This document shows positions 40,233-53,799 of a stretch of DNA of 64,000 nt, one piece after another (the first letter of the stretch is position 1; every line of letters begins with the position of its first letter). Origin of the DNA: Phoronis australis (lineage: Eukaryota > Animalia > Phoronida); NCBI GenBank assembly GCA_002633005.1, contig NMRA01000044.1, forward strand, positions 1,224,283 to 1,288,282, in the 5' to 3' direction. Made by a program: the position numbers and the translations under genes. Under the pieces are notes generated by a model that had not been told where the DNA came from, searched no databases, and saw only the letters and a list, made by a program, of their open reading frames with translations.

Positions 40233-40646
40233 TAGCAGTAATAAAAGTACGCAGATTCTAGAAATGGCAACTCTCGCCGGATTAAAAATCTATTGATTCT
40301 AGCTAATTAAGACGCCAACTGTACATCACGGCACATGTACCTAAAGACCTAAGGGGCAAGGTTAAAATCAGGGACCATACAAAACTAGGTTAGTCCTGAG
40401 TGCTTATGTCGATACGACGTACAGCATACAGAAATAACACGGGGCGAGAGAACATTGGCCTAAAAGCTGTTCCCCTGGCTACCTGTCACCTCCTTTCCCG
40501 GTAGCCACCATTTTTGCTCTAGAAATCACCATTTTTCACCGATTCTATAACATTTGGTGTATCAGTTGCCAAATACGAGGGACACACCTCTGTGCATGTA
40601 TGTCAGCGCGCGATTTGGCGCCCCGCAGGTCGTCAATGCAACCGCA

Positions 40647-41038
40647 GCGTTTGGCGACCTGGGAAAATTCCAAGTTGCCACGAAGTCATCACTGCGAGTA
40701 TCAGTCAGACAATAATTCTCTCTAAATTCGTTTCAAAGTTCTTGTTCTCTTCCACACTTTAATTACTAACAGTTTTCTAAGATTTATTAATTTTGATTTA
40801 CAATTGTTCCGTGTATTTCTTAAAATCAGCGCATTTGCCACCTCGTTTAATTTACACGATGAAGTAGAGGGCGAAACTGTTCGGCAAAAACCGGGCAAAA
40901 TTCGCGCCACTAGCCCATGAAGTCACCTGCGTTCTAAGTTCGTTCGCCGGTGGGCGGATGGAGTTAAAGAATTGATTTAGGAGTCCGCCCGAGATTTCAG
41001 TTTTGGCAACGTGGGATATTTGCCAGGTCTCCAAATGC
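40647..41038. mobile_element. Degenerate inverted-repeat element
   Basis: gcgtttggcgacctgggaaaattccaagttgcca (40647-40680) is the imperfect reverse complement of tggcaacgtgggatatttgccaggtctccaaatgc (41004-41038). Confidence 0.6.
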
Positions 41039-41274
41039 GACTTGGCGTTTAGGCCAACTAATTAGCGTGCCTACTTGGTTTAGCTAGTCGTCGAGTGCTG
41101 TACGTATTCATGTAAAAATTTTCCAGAGGCACACAATAAAATTCGAAAATTAAAATTAATGGTCTCGCTACTAGTTCTGAAACGCTAGCAAAATGTTGCA
41201 TCACCTATGAATCAATTTATACAACTTTTCACAAGAACACTCAATGTTGTGTTTGATATGCTGTCCTTCCATTC

Positions 41275-41432
41275 CAGTGGCGAACTTAGGGGCGGGGGGC
41301 AAGAGGGCAATGCTCCCCTGAAATTCTCCAATATTCCATTTGGCAAAAGTCGGGGGTGTGAATGTCTGACGGGTAAAATCCTGGCTAAAACTCTGTCCTA
41401 CCCCCCAATTCAAAATCCTGGATCTGCTCCTA
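41275..41432 (+). mobile_element. CAGTGGCGGAT-type hAT MITE, copy C
   Basis: CATTC|cagtggcgaac ... ggatctgctccta|CATCC; colinear with copy A (atgtctgacggg.aaaatcctggctaa.actctg, tcaaaatcctggatc). Confidence 0.85.
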
Positions 41433-42960
41433 CATCCTGCCATTGACAAAATAAAGCGCATTGTAAAGACGTGCCCTAATGTAGGAAAAGTATTGCAAGA
41501 TGTAGACAAGTTTCCACACAATTGCGTCCTCTTGTCGACGATTAACATCGCAAAATGCCAGAGTGCTTAATGATAACTACACTAAACGAATCGCCATTGG
41601 TGAAAACAATTACATTCTGATGCCGGTGCAAATAAAAGCAAAAAACAACATGACTAGACGCTATTTATGCCTATAAGTATGATAGAGTTAGAAATTTGGG
41701 AACAGGGTGCAATTGGCACTTGTGTGGTCAGGGGAGAGGTGTGCATGGGTATTAGCTACAGTACCATGGGCGCCGCAGCACTGAAAAAAGTGGGGGCCCA
41801 TAGCCCACAGCCCCCTTGTGGTGCACCGCCCATAGGCCATGCCGCGGCGCAGCAATGAAAAAAGTAGGGCTATAGCCCCCCAGCCCTTATCGTTGTCGTA
41901 ATTGCAGCCGTAGTGATCTGATTTTAGTTAATATCAACATGTTTGGAAAACACATTCAAGTCAACTGAATCGCACACCGTCTTTGATTCGGGACCAATAT
42001 CAAATATGAGAATGTAAAACTACTGTCTGTGTTATTCCTCTGCTTTTTGACAATAATCCGAAGTCCTGATGATGATTGTTTAACAGTCGAAACGTCTACT
42101 ATCAGCATTTCTGTGTTCTCATTATTATTTTTCCTGAAAGCATGGTTGCTACAAAGCGACAAAACTACCTTGGTGCTTCGATGAGTGCGCATGCGTGCTT
42201 ACAGTTTGTACATTTTCGAGAAACAGACGTCCATATTTTAAAAAATAATGATCGCGTTTAGGAAATTCAACAACCTGGCGTAAGACTTCTTGATGTACGA
42301 ATGAAAACGCCTCACGGAGCCGGAGAGGTGTATCGCGTCGACTAACCGACGTAATGGCTGTGGAGAGTTTTTTTCAGCGTGGTACTTGCGTGTTGACGAC
42401 GTTGTACGTGTTTTGAAATCTGAATACTTTATGACCTGAAGTTAGTGATCAACTCTTGTTTATTCTATGTCCATATTGTAATGCTTCCGGGTTGACATGA
42501 CGTTCTGTTTTCTTTCATCAAATATTGAACAGAAATTAACTGGAACATGTCTTTGCTATCAGGCGACCATTTATATAGAACGCAGATTCAGTAATGTTAG
42601 CCAAACACAAGTTCTGACCTTGGTAAGGTCACAAACACAGGTTTGATCGCCGAGTACTTTTCCGATTTTGTATGAAAACCTCAAAACCATCCGTCAAAAC
42701 TGAGCGTTATTAACTATACACTAAGACTGACCTAAAATAATCGAGGGATAACGTTGATGCGTTCCACGGTAGACGGGAGAAACCCATGGAAAACAAGATC
42801 AGCAAGCGGAGGACCAGGCACGCGAGTGGAAGGTGTTTCGTGGGTGTGCTCCAAACCTTGTTACTAGCGCACTCAAAATGATCCGTGAGATTGGAATGAT
42901 GAGTTATAGGTTACAAGTCAGTTTCCATTCCATAAGTGACCGTTTCTAGGTGCATTGCGA

Positions 42961-43082
42961 TTTTTTGGGGAATGCACCTCTGTATTTCTTCAATATTTGT
43001 ACGGTTTGAATAAAATTTCGTATTTTTGGAATGCACCTCTGTATTTCTTCAGTATTTGTACGGTTTGAATAAAATTACGTAA
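42961..43082. repeat. ~59-bp tandem duplication
   Basis: ggaatgcacctctgtatttcttca[a/g]tatttgtacggtttgaataaaatt occurs twice head-to-tail. Confidence 0.9.
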
Positions 43083-44800
43083 ACGTGGGGGTAATTGAGT
43101 TTTGATTTGCAGAGATACAGGACAGTCACGTTGTGATGACGTAATTCGACACTAAAACAAAGAATTTCCAGTGTACACGAACACGTACTTGTCCAGTGAG
43201 ACAAATTAAGCTGTACTGAGCTTGTTACTGGGATGAAATGTCCCATGAGCATGATGTTAGACAGACGTTCCATAAACATTTAATTGTGGACCTTATAACA
43301 AAAATAATGATTTATCACCCGTTGCCTTCTGAGTGTCAAGGACAACATTTTTTGATAGCCTTTAGTTAGCAGACCCAGTGTTGTGCTGTCGATGCCAAAA
43401 TCATGCAGGTGTCGTCCAGTGCTGTGGTGATAAGTTAGAGGCATACATGTATATACGCCCGAAGCCCAGCGTATCACCTTGTATGCATACGCCTCATTGT
43501 ACCTCAATTTACGGCACGTTTATACATTGAAAATGAAACAGGTGGTGTACTGCGTCCAAGTGCGTGTACGACCCTCTACACCTCTGGTGTCATCAGTTAT
43601 CATGTAACAAGTTCTTCACGGGTGTTCGCAGGACGCCTGCGTATACGCGCTTGACAATCCAAGTGACATAATTTTTGATCTTATATGCAAGTCGTGACTT
43701 CTGCCGAACGCTCGTAGTCGAATTAACAAATAACATTGGATTTCAGTCTCAATAGTGCACCATTGGGGAAAATAAGCCCATTCAGTACTTGCACGAATTC
43801 GACGTTATGCTTGAAAACGAGGTTTGGTGTCCTAACCACTGTTGATTTGGAACACGCGCGCGTTCACGTTTGCGCTGTTAAAGTCGGTGCTAAAATGAGG
43901 AAGTATGTCTTAAACAACAATGCACAACAATCGTTTTTACTGCGCCACCAATGTGTGGAAGCAGTGAATGTGCGGGAAAGATGCACTGTTATTTAGTCGA
44001 GGTTATGGCGCCATGGTTTCCTGCTCGGACCACTAGTTTGTCAGTTCGAGTTTCCTGTAATCTCCTTCATCGGCGAAGTTGGATTCATTTTTCTCGTCAC
44101 ACGTCGTTTCAAGAACGTACTTTTTGTGTGCAGTTCTTAATTGCACAATCTAAGGTATACACTTCAGAACCGGGGCTGTAAAGTTCTTTGTAGCGATTCT
44201 ATTGAAAGATGTTTCGATGCCATTAACGTTGACGCCAATGACAAAATAGCCGAGCTTCCAGTCAATAATATACAAAGCTTATACGACAAACAAAAGAGTT
44301 TGACGTCTGCTTTTTTTAAAATGGCCGGACTCACAGACAAAATAGAACAGGAAAAGCCTCTGAACAAGACATCAGATATCTGACAAGAAAACTAAATACC
44401 CGACATTTCTGCGAAGTAATTGAAAGCAACGTACCTGCCAGGTTACTCCTTCGGCGTATCACTTACTTCGTACATTGTACGAATATTTTAACATCGCTCA
44501 CATGATGGTTAAATACACACGGGCGCTTACATTTCATTCTTCACATACTGGCTATGTGCTGTTGTGTAGTAGCGTAGCAATGAAATATAAAAACACGTCC
44601 CCATGGTCGTCGACTGAAGATTATCAATAATGCGGGAGCCGTTATGTTAAATAACGGATTAATTCAAGCTGAGCAGAATTATGAATACATTTGGCGCGAC
44701 AAATAGTAATGAAAAAATAAATAAGCCAGCAGTTGTTTATTTGACCACCTGACTTACGAGTTTTATGTCTGGTAATATTACCAATGCCTGCTGTTCCTGT

Positions 44801-47443
44801 TCATTTTCTACGGACAGCACAATGAATTGAGATGCCCATGTGATTTTTGAGTAAGAGTGCGCAAGGCCAGGAAAGTGTTGCAGAGGCCATAGAGAGGTCT
44901 TTGAGTGTTGTATATATTCTCAAAGGAATACAGCATAGAAAATACAAATCATTCACGACAGCAAAAGGTGTATGTGCGTCGAATACAAAATTTTTGAAGG
45001 CAACGGATAGGATGTTGGCCAAACATGATGCTTCCTGTTTGGTTTTTTAAATCATATCCTAATAACCTAAACAAGATTTGTTTGCCCTTTTTAACCAAAG
45101 ACTAGTACAGTGAACCTCGGTTAAGTCGGCGTGCTTAGTTGGATCTCCGTTCAATTCGGACAAAGTTCCGTCGAACGGTTGACCTAGCATTAATTCCTTA
45201 ATAAGGTCCTGCGTGTAAGTCGGGTTTCTTAGGTCTGTTCTTCGCTCAACTCGGAGAAAATTCGAGTAACAATTGACCAAAATCCCCCCATTTTACCTCT
45301 TTTTAAGTCGGGTTCCGGCACATAATTTTTTCTCTTAAAAAATCACCGAACATGCATGTACAAAAATGACAAGTACGGTAAGCAAACATTTATTTGTTAA
45401 TTCTAAGTACCCCGCGACCTGAAATGACGGAATGACTACTGATCACTGAAGTAGGCATAACTTGGATCAAAGTCAATCTTCAGATAAGTCGGAACTCCCT
45501 TATCTCGGAGGAAATTTCTCTGTCCCAATGGATCCGACCTAACCTAGCTTTATTGTATTTTAAATGTAAAAGAAGAACCTTTTTAGTTTTAGCACGTATT
45601 TTACTTGTTCTTACTTCTTACCACTCTTTGAGAGATACTGTGCGCATTTCAATGGTCTTATTTTAAATGGCTTCATTTTTATGTGTTTTTGAGGACCGTG
45701 TTTCTCTTTGAAAAAGATAAACTACCCTTTTCCCGCAAATTTGAGAACCACCAAGTGTGATGCCGGAGTAGGGGGACCGAGACTCCTGCACAAAGCGTCA
45801 TCAGGATGAGTTAGAATGCACATGATCACGTGAAAGAGGCTGGACCGCCACCGTGTAGTAGTAGCGAGTTGAATATGGGTAAATAAACCAAACCTGGCGT
45901 GAGCTCCGTAGACCGAGTTTCTAGCGAGAAAATCAAGAACTCACAAGACTTCGCGAGATGTCGTGTATTGTAAGCAAAGCAGGTGATCACGCTAGCTTCC
46001 TTAGCTAGATTCTTATGAAATTCATCCACAGGTGCCCTTTCCGTATGCGCAATACACTCCCAAAAACGCAAAACCCCGAGAGATTTCGCCTTGCATTAAA
46101 AACAAAGCACGTGATCACATTAGCTTTATTCGCGAGATTCTTACGTCTGCCGAACTCGGCTCAATTTAGTCATCTAGGCTATTTACGTGTTAAATCGAAA
46201 GAAAAAACGATGTTTTAAACGATTGAAACAATATTTATGTCCAAGGTATAGTTTTAAAGGGTGACAAAAGACTATTTAGGAGGACAACGACGTTATTTTT
46301 TGCCCCAATATAATCCCAGAGGGGCCATCCGTGATGACAATAACACGGAGAAAAGGGGGTGGGGTGGGGTAGCTCAGTCTCGGTGAACGAGNTCATTTTC
46401 TACGGACAGTACAATGAATTGAGATGCCCATGTGATTTTTGAGTCAGAATGCGCAAGGCCAGTAAAGTGTTGCAGAGGCCGTAGAGAGGTCTTTGAGTGT
46501 TGTATAACCTGGATAAAAGTCAATCTTCAGATAAGTCGGAACTCGCTTATCTCGGAGGAAATCTCTCGGTCCCAATGGATCCGACTTAACCTAGCTTTAT
46601 TGTATTTTAAATGTAAAAGAAGAACCTTTTTAGTTTTAGCACGTATTTTACTTGTTCTTACTACCACTCTTTGAGAGATATTGTGTGCATTTCAATGGTC
46701 TTATTTTAAATGGCTTCATTTTTATGTGTTTTTGAGGACCGTGTTTCTCTTTGAAAAAGATAAACTACCCTTTTCCCGCAATTTTGAGAACCACCAAGTG
46801 TGATGCCGGAGTAGGGGGACCGAGACTCCTGCACACAGCGTCATCAGGATGAGTTAGAATGCACATGATCACGTGAAAGAGGCTGGACCGCCACCGTGTA
46901 GTAGTAGTAGCGAGTTGAATATGGGTAAATAAACCAAACCTGGCGTGAGCTCCGTAGACCGAGTTTCTAGCGAGAAAATCAAGAACTCACAAGACTTCGC
47001 GAGATGTCGTGTATTGTAAGCAAAGCAGGTGATCACGCTAGCTTCCTTAGCTAGATTCTTGCGGCTACGAAATTCACCCACAGGTGCCCTTTCCGTATGC
47101 GCAATACACTCCCAAAAACGCAAAACCCCGAGAGATTTCGCCTTGCATTAAAAACAAAGCACGTGATCACATTAGCTTTATTCGCGAGATTCTTACGTCT
47201 GCCGAACTCGGCTCAATTTAGTCATCTGGGCTATTTACGTGTTAAATCGAAAGAGAAAACGATGTTTTAAACGATTGAAACAATGTTTATGTCCAAGGTA
47301 TAGTTTTAAAGGGTGACAAAAGACTATTTAGGAGGACAACGACGTTATTTTTTGCCCCAATATAATCCCAGAGGGGCCATCCGTGATGACAATAACACGG
47401 AGAAAAGGGGGTGGGGTGGGGTAGCTCAGTCTCGGTGAACGAG
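44801..47443 (+). repeat. Tandem near-identical duplication (44801-46391 / 46393-47443), probably two haplotypes assembled in series
   Basis: Both copies start tcattttctacggacag and end ctcggtgaacgag, separated by a single N at 46392. Copy 2 lacks 44915-45459. Confidence 0.9.
45108..45555. mobile_element. Tc1/mariner-pogo(Tigger)-like MITE
   Basis: TA|cagtgaacctcggttaagtcgg ... ccgacctaacctagctttattg|TA. Confidence 0.75.
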
Positions 47444-48630
47444 ATTTGCTGAGTTTATTTCAGAACTTTTGTGATTGCCATTTTCTAAGTAAGAAAAAAC
47501 GTTTGCATTTTATACAAAGAATTAAGATCAACAAAATTAGAAAATATTTATTTTGATTATTAGACATGGCCTCGAACAATTTTGGGCTGGAGTGACATCA
47601 AATTTTGATAATGGTCCGAGGCGAACTTTGATAACACCAGAAATAGAGTATTTTAATTTTATTTTCTGCTCAATCAATGGGTAGAATTGGGCGACCTATT
47701 TAAAACATTACAATCGTTATGGTATCTGTGACTGCGAAATTTACCAAACAATATGTACCCCTGTTTCTCGTCTGCTGAAATTGACCGCGCTATAAGAATT
47801 TCGAAAGGGGAAACCAACTGGCATTGACGATGTTACATTTGAAATTTTGAAGAGTACAAGGATAGCTATTGTTCCCGTCTTGTAATTGACCTATCGCCAG
47901 GATTTTGAGTGGCGGCTTAACTGACCATTTAGAACTCATCATTGTTGACACACCTTCGTTTCCAAGCCGCCATTATACCCAACAAACAACACGTTGCCGG
48001 GTAAAACTTATTGGTTGTCTGTTAGTCGAATTTGCGCAAGGGACCGGACCTTGCGATAAGTCAATTACCTCTCAACAGCTCACTACCAACAAAATGAGCA
48101 ACACTGATGTGACGCAACCTCGTTCTTACAGCTTATTTCTTCAGCTCTGAGACTTTAATAGAAAGAACATCACGTTGAGGAAAGCTAATCTGACAATGAT
48201 CGGTTTATCTTGAAAAAAAGTGCGGTCGTGTTTTAGTGAAATCGATATTTTTCATGCGTGATTCTGTAACGCTACGTTCCGTTCACACGCCTCATCATGC
48301 GACTGTTATCGGACCGTATTCTGTGAAAAGCATGCACATTCTGAATGTCGAAAAAAGAAAAACTTTAAAAGGCGTTGGACTCCGGGGAAAATGTGCCTGT
48401 GTAGATTCGTTGTTAATTGCACTCTGGGCCCAAGACTTTTTATACAAATAATACTAGAATACCTGCGATAAATAGGCCAACTATGGCCTAAAATGTCGAC
48501 TGCGCGCATTTGATTACCGAGTAATCTGTCTACATGTTGACAACTATGCCAATATATGAGTAAAAATGTGATTAAAAATTGATTTTCATTATTCACCACC
48601 AGTACGTCGCCGTCAGTCATAGTAAAACAA

Positions 48631-48764
48631 ATGTCACTGTACGTAACTAAATACTAAAATTCATAAAACTGGTTGAAGACACGGCGGCAATGCCCCCTCT
48701 TTACTATAAGTGAGGTCGTTGGCAGCACTGAAATGTCTTCAACCAATTTTGCGTACAGTGACAT
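48631..48764. repeat. Small nested inverted repeat
   Basis: atgtcactgtacg / cgtacagtgacat outer arms and aaaactggttgaagaca / tgtcttcaaccaatttt inner arms. Confidence 0.65.
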
Positions 48765-50166
48765 GTTTTACGAAAAGTGATTGCAGACTTAAGTCAGATA
48801 TATTGAAAAAACACTCCCACTTTGCAATTACTTAGTATAGGTTTCGCCATTTTGTTTACAAAAAATAATATTTAAATTATTTGAGCACTAGAAGTAATCA
48901 GTAACGCCCGTATATTTCAGAGACCTTGAACTTTTGTTGAGGTGAAATAGCGGTGTGGAACGTAATACGAAATTTCTGACTTACGGCATAAAGCATTTTT
49001 CATATAACTGACCCGAGGAAGTGACTGCTGCCAAACTATGCTTACACTTCATTTACTCATGTGCCAAAGAACGACACACGTCGAGCACTCACTAGGGAGC
49101 AGTAACAGCAAGCTCCTTAAGTCTATAACATTGTGATCTTAGTGAGGAGTGCTACTGGTACGATTTCATTTTATTTCGGCATTTCGAAAATTCATCATGT
49201 GTTGTATAATCAAAAAAATAACGGAAACAATAACAATTAGTTAGTACTAACGCATGAGCCGTTTCGAACACGCAATTTTAAGTAACCAACAAAAATGGCC
49301 TTACCATATCGGGGCATCTTTATTTTTTTTGGTATCCAGGTTTTCTTGACAGCGATGCAGCAACTCCTTCACTGTAAAATTTGCTAATCTTTTACGCGGC
49401 GGCAACCAGTAAGCGTACGAACTGACGTTAGCTGAGCCATGCACTCGATCATCAATGATCTAAACGAGAGCTTGCATACCCTTACACACACACACACACA
49501 TGGACACATACATGTATGTAACTGAAATAAGTAAGGCTCAGGTGGTATGCGAGAGTTAATTCACTTTTCCGCTTTTAATTTTTTACCTGCTATTTTTTCT
49601 TACAGTCGGCACTCTTTTCCATGCATACTCTAGAAATTTCACATTAGATTGGAAACTTCACTTTAGGGAGAGTCCATGTGAAACGTTAATTTAAACATTA
49701 TTCAGGTGCCAAACACGACGAGAAGGAGTTGAATAATTGTACAAAAAATTAAAGCGATATTAATACAGCGTTCACTTATTGCATCTATTTCTGATGGCTG
49801 CATTAGGGCCCGACATTTTCGACGAGAATGCACCCGGCCCCCGTTACCAAGGCGATACCATTACCTTTTCCAGGTGTTTGACTAAAGACACGTTTCTTGA
49901 TTACCTGGTATCTTGCCGTATTCTGAGAGAAACGTCATCAACTGAGAGGAGGGGGTCATTAGAAATGGGCGCCGAGAAGTGGGGGTGGGATGCGGGGTCA
50001 ATTGCCCCTATTAGATTCAGAGGCTGAATAGTAAACATTTTGGGAAAATATAAAATTTCTGGGAAATCCATTCTCACGCCCACACCTAGCGGATCTGGGG
50101 GGAGGTCATGGGTTGAAACCCCTCTCTCTGGCTAAGGTGGCAAAACAGGAAAAGAAGTCCACATTG

Positions 50167-50435
50167 CATGCGCGCACCCAGAGGAGGGGTGGGCTCGGGG
50201 TGGGGGGGGGGGGGCNNNNNNNNNNNNNNNNNNNCCCCCATTTGGCGAAGTGGGCAAAAAGATCCGCCCCCGAGAGACAAAAAGTCCGAGAAAATGGGAC
50301 GAAAGCCCACTAAATAATAGCAAACGCTCACTTCACAGTGGTGCTCTTTTTTAGTCCACCGGCTCTTTTGTTAGCAAACTTGGTCCACATCGTCAGGAAT
50401 TCGAGCCCCCATATTGAAGGCTGGATGCGCGCATG
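50167..50435. mobile_element. Second copy of the CATG-ended MITE family
   Basis: CATTG|catgcgcgcacccag ... ctggatgcgcgcatg|CACTG. Shares tttggcgaa.tgggcaaaaag.tccgcc and aaaaagtccgag with 18493-18737. A right-end fragment also occurs at ~37385-37420. Confidence 0.8.
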
Positions 50436-52174
50436 CACTGTGCGCGGAAGGGATCATCGAATTAGCTAGGGTACAAGAAAAAAACAACAAAAAAAACATA
50501 CGACAAAGCGGTTTTAGGGCCATAGTGAAAGAATACCCTTTAATTGTTGTTCGTATTAAAAGCCACAACCTTATTATAAAGTACATTAGCTCATGAGCCA
50601 CTGCTTGTTGATAAATAAAAGTTTTTGATATTTTGTTCTCGTGACTTCAGTTCCCAAATGACGTCAGTCCAGTGCTCCTTAGCGAGTTTCCAATTTAGAC
50701 TGGACTGTCCATATATCTCTCCGTCATGAAAAATTACTACGGCGTTGTTTATGTAGATTCCGAAAAAGTACTTGTATATTCAAGTTTCAATTCGTAGCTA
50801 AGTGTGTGCGTGCGCGCAAAGCGCACGTGCACGCATACATGTATATACATTATGTATATCATAGACATTTTTATGTGATGTCTATGACGTATATGCTTGC
50901 ACATTATTATCGTTTTGCATTGTTTATTTCTGTAATGTTTACTTGTTGCCCAAACTTCTGGGCAGTAATGTTATCTATAGATTTACCTATACTCGTGGAA
51001 TAAAGATTATAGATATCTGACTCATTGTCTGTGACTTTTTAGGCTGACTCGGATTTTTGCAGTGCCATGCGTCTGCCAATTTACATGGGAAGATGTTACC
51101 CTGAAATCTTACCAGATAATTTTACAATTGATTTATCTTATTAAGTTCAAAAAACTGACGCTAATATAAAAAAAATAGTAGGGCTCATTACAAATCTCAG
51201 TCAGAAACTCGGCCATAGACATCTAACAGTAGCTGCATGTATCTCAGTGGCGGGCGCCCGGTCTGTGTCACGGTGATGTCAATGCTCACAGCGGCTTTTC
51301 TCGGTGGTTCCCTGCGTTTCCGCTAGTGAACAGGAGGGAACCAGCGAGGTAGCTTATGAAGTCACAGATGTCGCTGAAAGCAGTGTTGTGTCTGTCTGTT
51401 CAGTCCGTAAGCATGACCTTTTTTCTTTTCGTTTCTATACTATATTCATTTTTGGACTTTTTATTGAACTGCAACCATCCACTGCTGTAGCTGTCAGCGT
51501 GAAGGATATGCCGTGGTTGGGTAGCGAAGATAACCAAAAAAATTGCAATTTGAATGTATTATGCATTATACCACGAAGTTGCTAAAAATCGCGCATAATT
51601 TAAAAGCGCGGACAAATCGTGCAGATGGTAGAGACGAGTTGTCAGTGCTATTTGCAACAGGAAATTCGAACCTGGGAATTCCAAAATCCGTGTTTGAAAG
51701 TTCTTATCCATATTATGGGGTAAACACATTGAATTGGTGTTAAAAGTAAACAAACTCTTAATNNNNNNNNNNNNNNNNNNNNNNNNNNNNNNNNNNNNNN
51801 NNNNNNNNNNNNNNNNNNNNNNNNNNNNNNNNNNNNNNNNNNNNNNNNNNNNNNNNNNNNNNNNNNNNNNNNNNNNNNNNNNNNNNNNNNNNNNNNNNNN
51901 NNNNNNNNNNNNNNNNNNNNNNNNNNNNNNNNNNNNNNNNNNNNNNNNNNNNNNNNNNNNNNNNNNNNNNNNNNNNNNNNNNNNNNNNNNNNNNNNNNNN
52001 NNNNNNNNNNNNNNNNNNNNNNNNNNNNNNNNNNNNNNNNNNNNNNNNNNNNNNNNNNNNNNNNNNNNNNNNNNNNNNNNNNNNNNNNNNNNNNCTGCAA
52101 TAAGCACCACTGCCGTTTTCTATACTGGGAATTTCCGCAGAAAGGCCCACCCGACGAAACGCCCATGCCCATGG

Positions 52175-52877
52175 GCATTTATTTGATGTTAGTACTTCGG
52201 GTTTCAAGCGTTCAGACATTGGGACGTTTATTTCGAAAATTGCAAGAGATGCAAATGGGTCCTGGGATACATCGTCAAGGTTTGAAGTAGTCCATGATGA
52301 ACGGATAGTTGCGCATGCTGTAAATCTTTGGAATGGACTTGGTAACCTCAGGGGGCTTAGTGCCAACTGAGCTGCGAAACGAGATGCTGATACTGTAGAG
52401 GCGTACAAGCTCATTGACACAGCAGTTGACGAAGTGAAAGTGTTAGGAACAAATGTTGAAGATGTCTGGGTAGAATGGTTCCAAGAGGAGAAAACTAGTG
52501 GATCCGATATACAGATTCCTCGGCAGGTCTAGGCAACGGAAAGATAGGACCAACGTTCCTGGAGAAACACCCAGGTAATAAGTTGCAATTCTACACAGTT
52601 TGTAATAATGTTTGTTTTTTATGCTTGTGTACAATGAAAACGAAATAGAAATTATTTTTGGACATGTCAAATTTACCCAGTACAGCAGAGTGTCTACGAG
52701 CGCACAGAAAATGATTCTGATTTGTATTTCCACTTAAGTCTGTCTGCTTCATATCCAAAATCTATTTCACGTAGTGCATAGTTAAAACTGTACTCACTTG
52801 TTTCTTTCAGTAAGTACTACAGAACGGTGCGAAAACCCTTCCTAGACAACCTCTCGCAGCAATTGACCACCAGATGT
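52175..52877 (+). pseudogene. Decayed hAT-superfamily transposase (THAP12/ZMYM1-like type) containing an intron at 52575-52810
   Basis: Translation LRGLSAN*AAKRDADTVEAYKLID...VEDVWVEWFQE...IQIPR (frameshift) RQRKDRTNVPGETPS|KYYRTVRKPFLDNLSQQLTTRC resembles the hAT block 'PR..RQ..R.N.P....YYR....PFLD....L..RF'. Stop at 52368. Phase-2 GT..AG intron with pyrimidine tract. 5' part lost in the gap. Confidence 0.8.
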
Positions 52878-52965
52878 GTAAACCACACGTATGAGCAACA
52901 CTTGGGATTAAAAAGTGTCCAGAGAGAAGTTTTCAATTCAAAGTTTTTTGTAAAGCACGCTTTAG

Positions 52966-53227
52966 GTCTCGCGACGGACCAGGCCAGCTTGATTTGTGTA
53001 GATATCGAGTTTCAGTGTACTTCTGGTCCCTCGGCGAACTAGTCTTGTGATGTTTTTCACCAAAGTGTGCTTTGTAAAACTATTTATCTCAGCCAGTGCT
53101 GTTTGGTCCCGCGACAGATCGACTATTTTTATAGGGATAACAACCAGAGGTATACTTTTGGTCTCGTGACGGACCAGGCCAGAGTTTTTGTGTACTCTCA
53201 GTGTACATCTGGTCCCTCTGCGAACTG
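52966..53227 (+). repeat. Internal direct repeats in the hAT remnant
   Basis: ggtctcg(c/t)gacggaccaggccag...tcagtgtac(t/a)tctggtccctc(g/t)gcgaact at ~52966 and ~53161, with a partial copy at ~53106. Confidence 0.75.
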
Positions 53228-53799
53228 CTCCTGTATATCTATGTACAGAATGTTTTGGTTTCGTGAAACTGTTTTCAGATGATTTGTTTCCTGATACATT
53301 TGACGTTTTTCAATTGTTTGCAACGTGATTCAGCGTAATAAAGTGATACTTAATTATTTATTGTCGCTATGAGGTGAGAGCACCATCGTTCGCCAGTTTT
53401 TCGCGTAACGAGACAGAACACATGTTTATTTCCAGACTAGCAGTACAGGTCTTTCTCTTAAACAGCTTGAGGCTGTTGCGATCATCTGATATATTCAAGT
53501 TTTTACGCCTCGTCGGTACTCCTTAGTTGTCTAAGCCCCTGTATACACACCACACTTTTTCGTATGGTAAAAAGGTGTGTGTAAACAGATGTTCCAACAA
53601 AAATTTTTGCTGGTGGTGTGACTCATACCCTGATTTGCACAAGTATAGTTTCACGAAAATTATGAACCAAGTTCATGTGACGAAATCAAGAAGGGTTTTA
53701 ATTATCTTAAGAAAAACTCCAGGGACATGTTAAGTGCCAGAAACGTATCAGGATGCATGGAAATTTCTCTGTTTGGCTACAAAAACAAAAAATTGTCTT

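Noticed and set aside
39014-40270. Long ORFs of 377-418 aa
   Set aside because: Almost entirely X residues from the N gap, flanked by poly-C and CA repeats.
44141-44383. Protein-like 80-aa ORF behind a possible acceptor
   Set aside because: No recognisable homology and no partner exons.
51245-51260. CAGTGGCGG as the left TIR of the hAT remnant
   Set aside because: Only 9 bp match and the flanks (TATCT vs TCCCC) give no TSD; the left boundary is left undefined.
51559-52420. ORFs of 150-220 aa spanning the gap, including the minus-strand 220-aa ORF
   Set aside because: Inflated by Ns; the minus-strand part is the antisense shadow of the hAT remnant.
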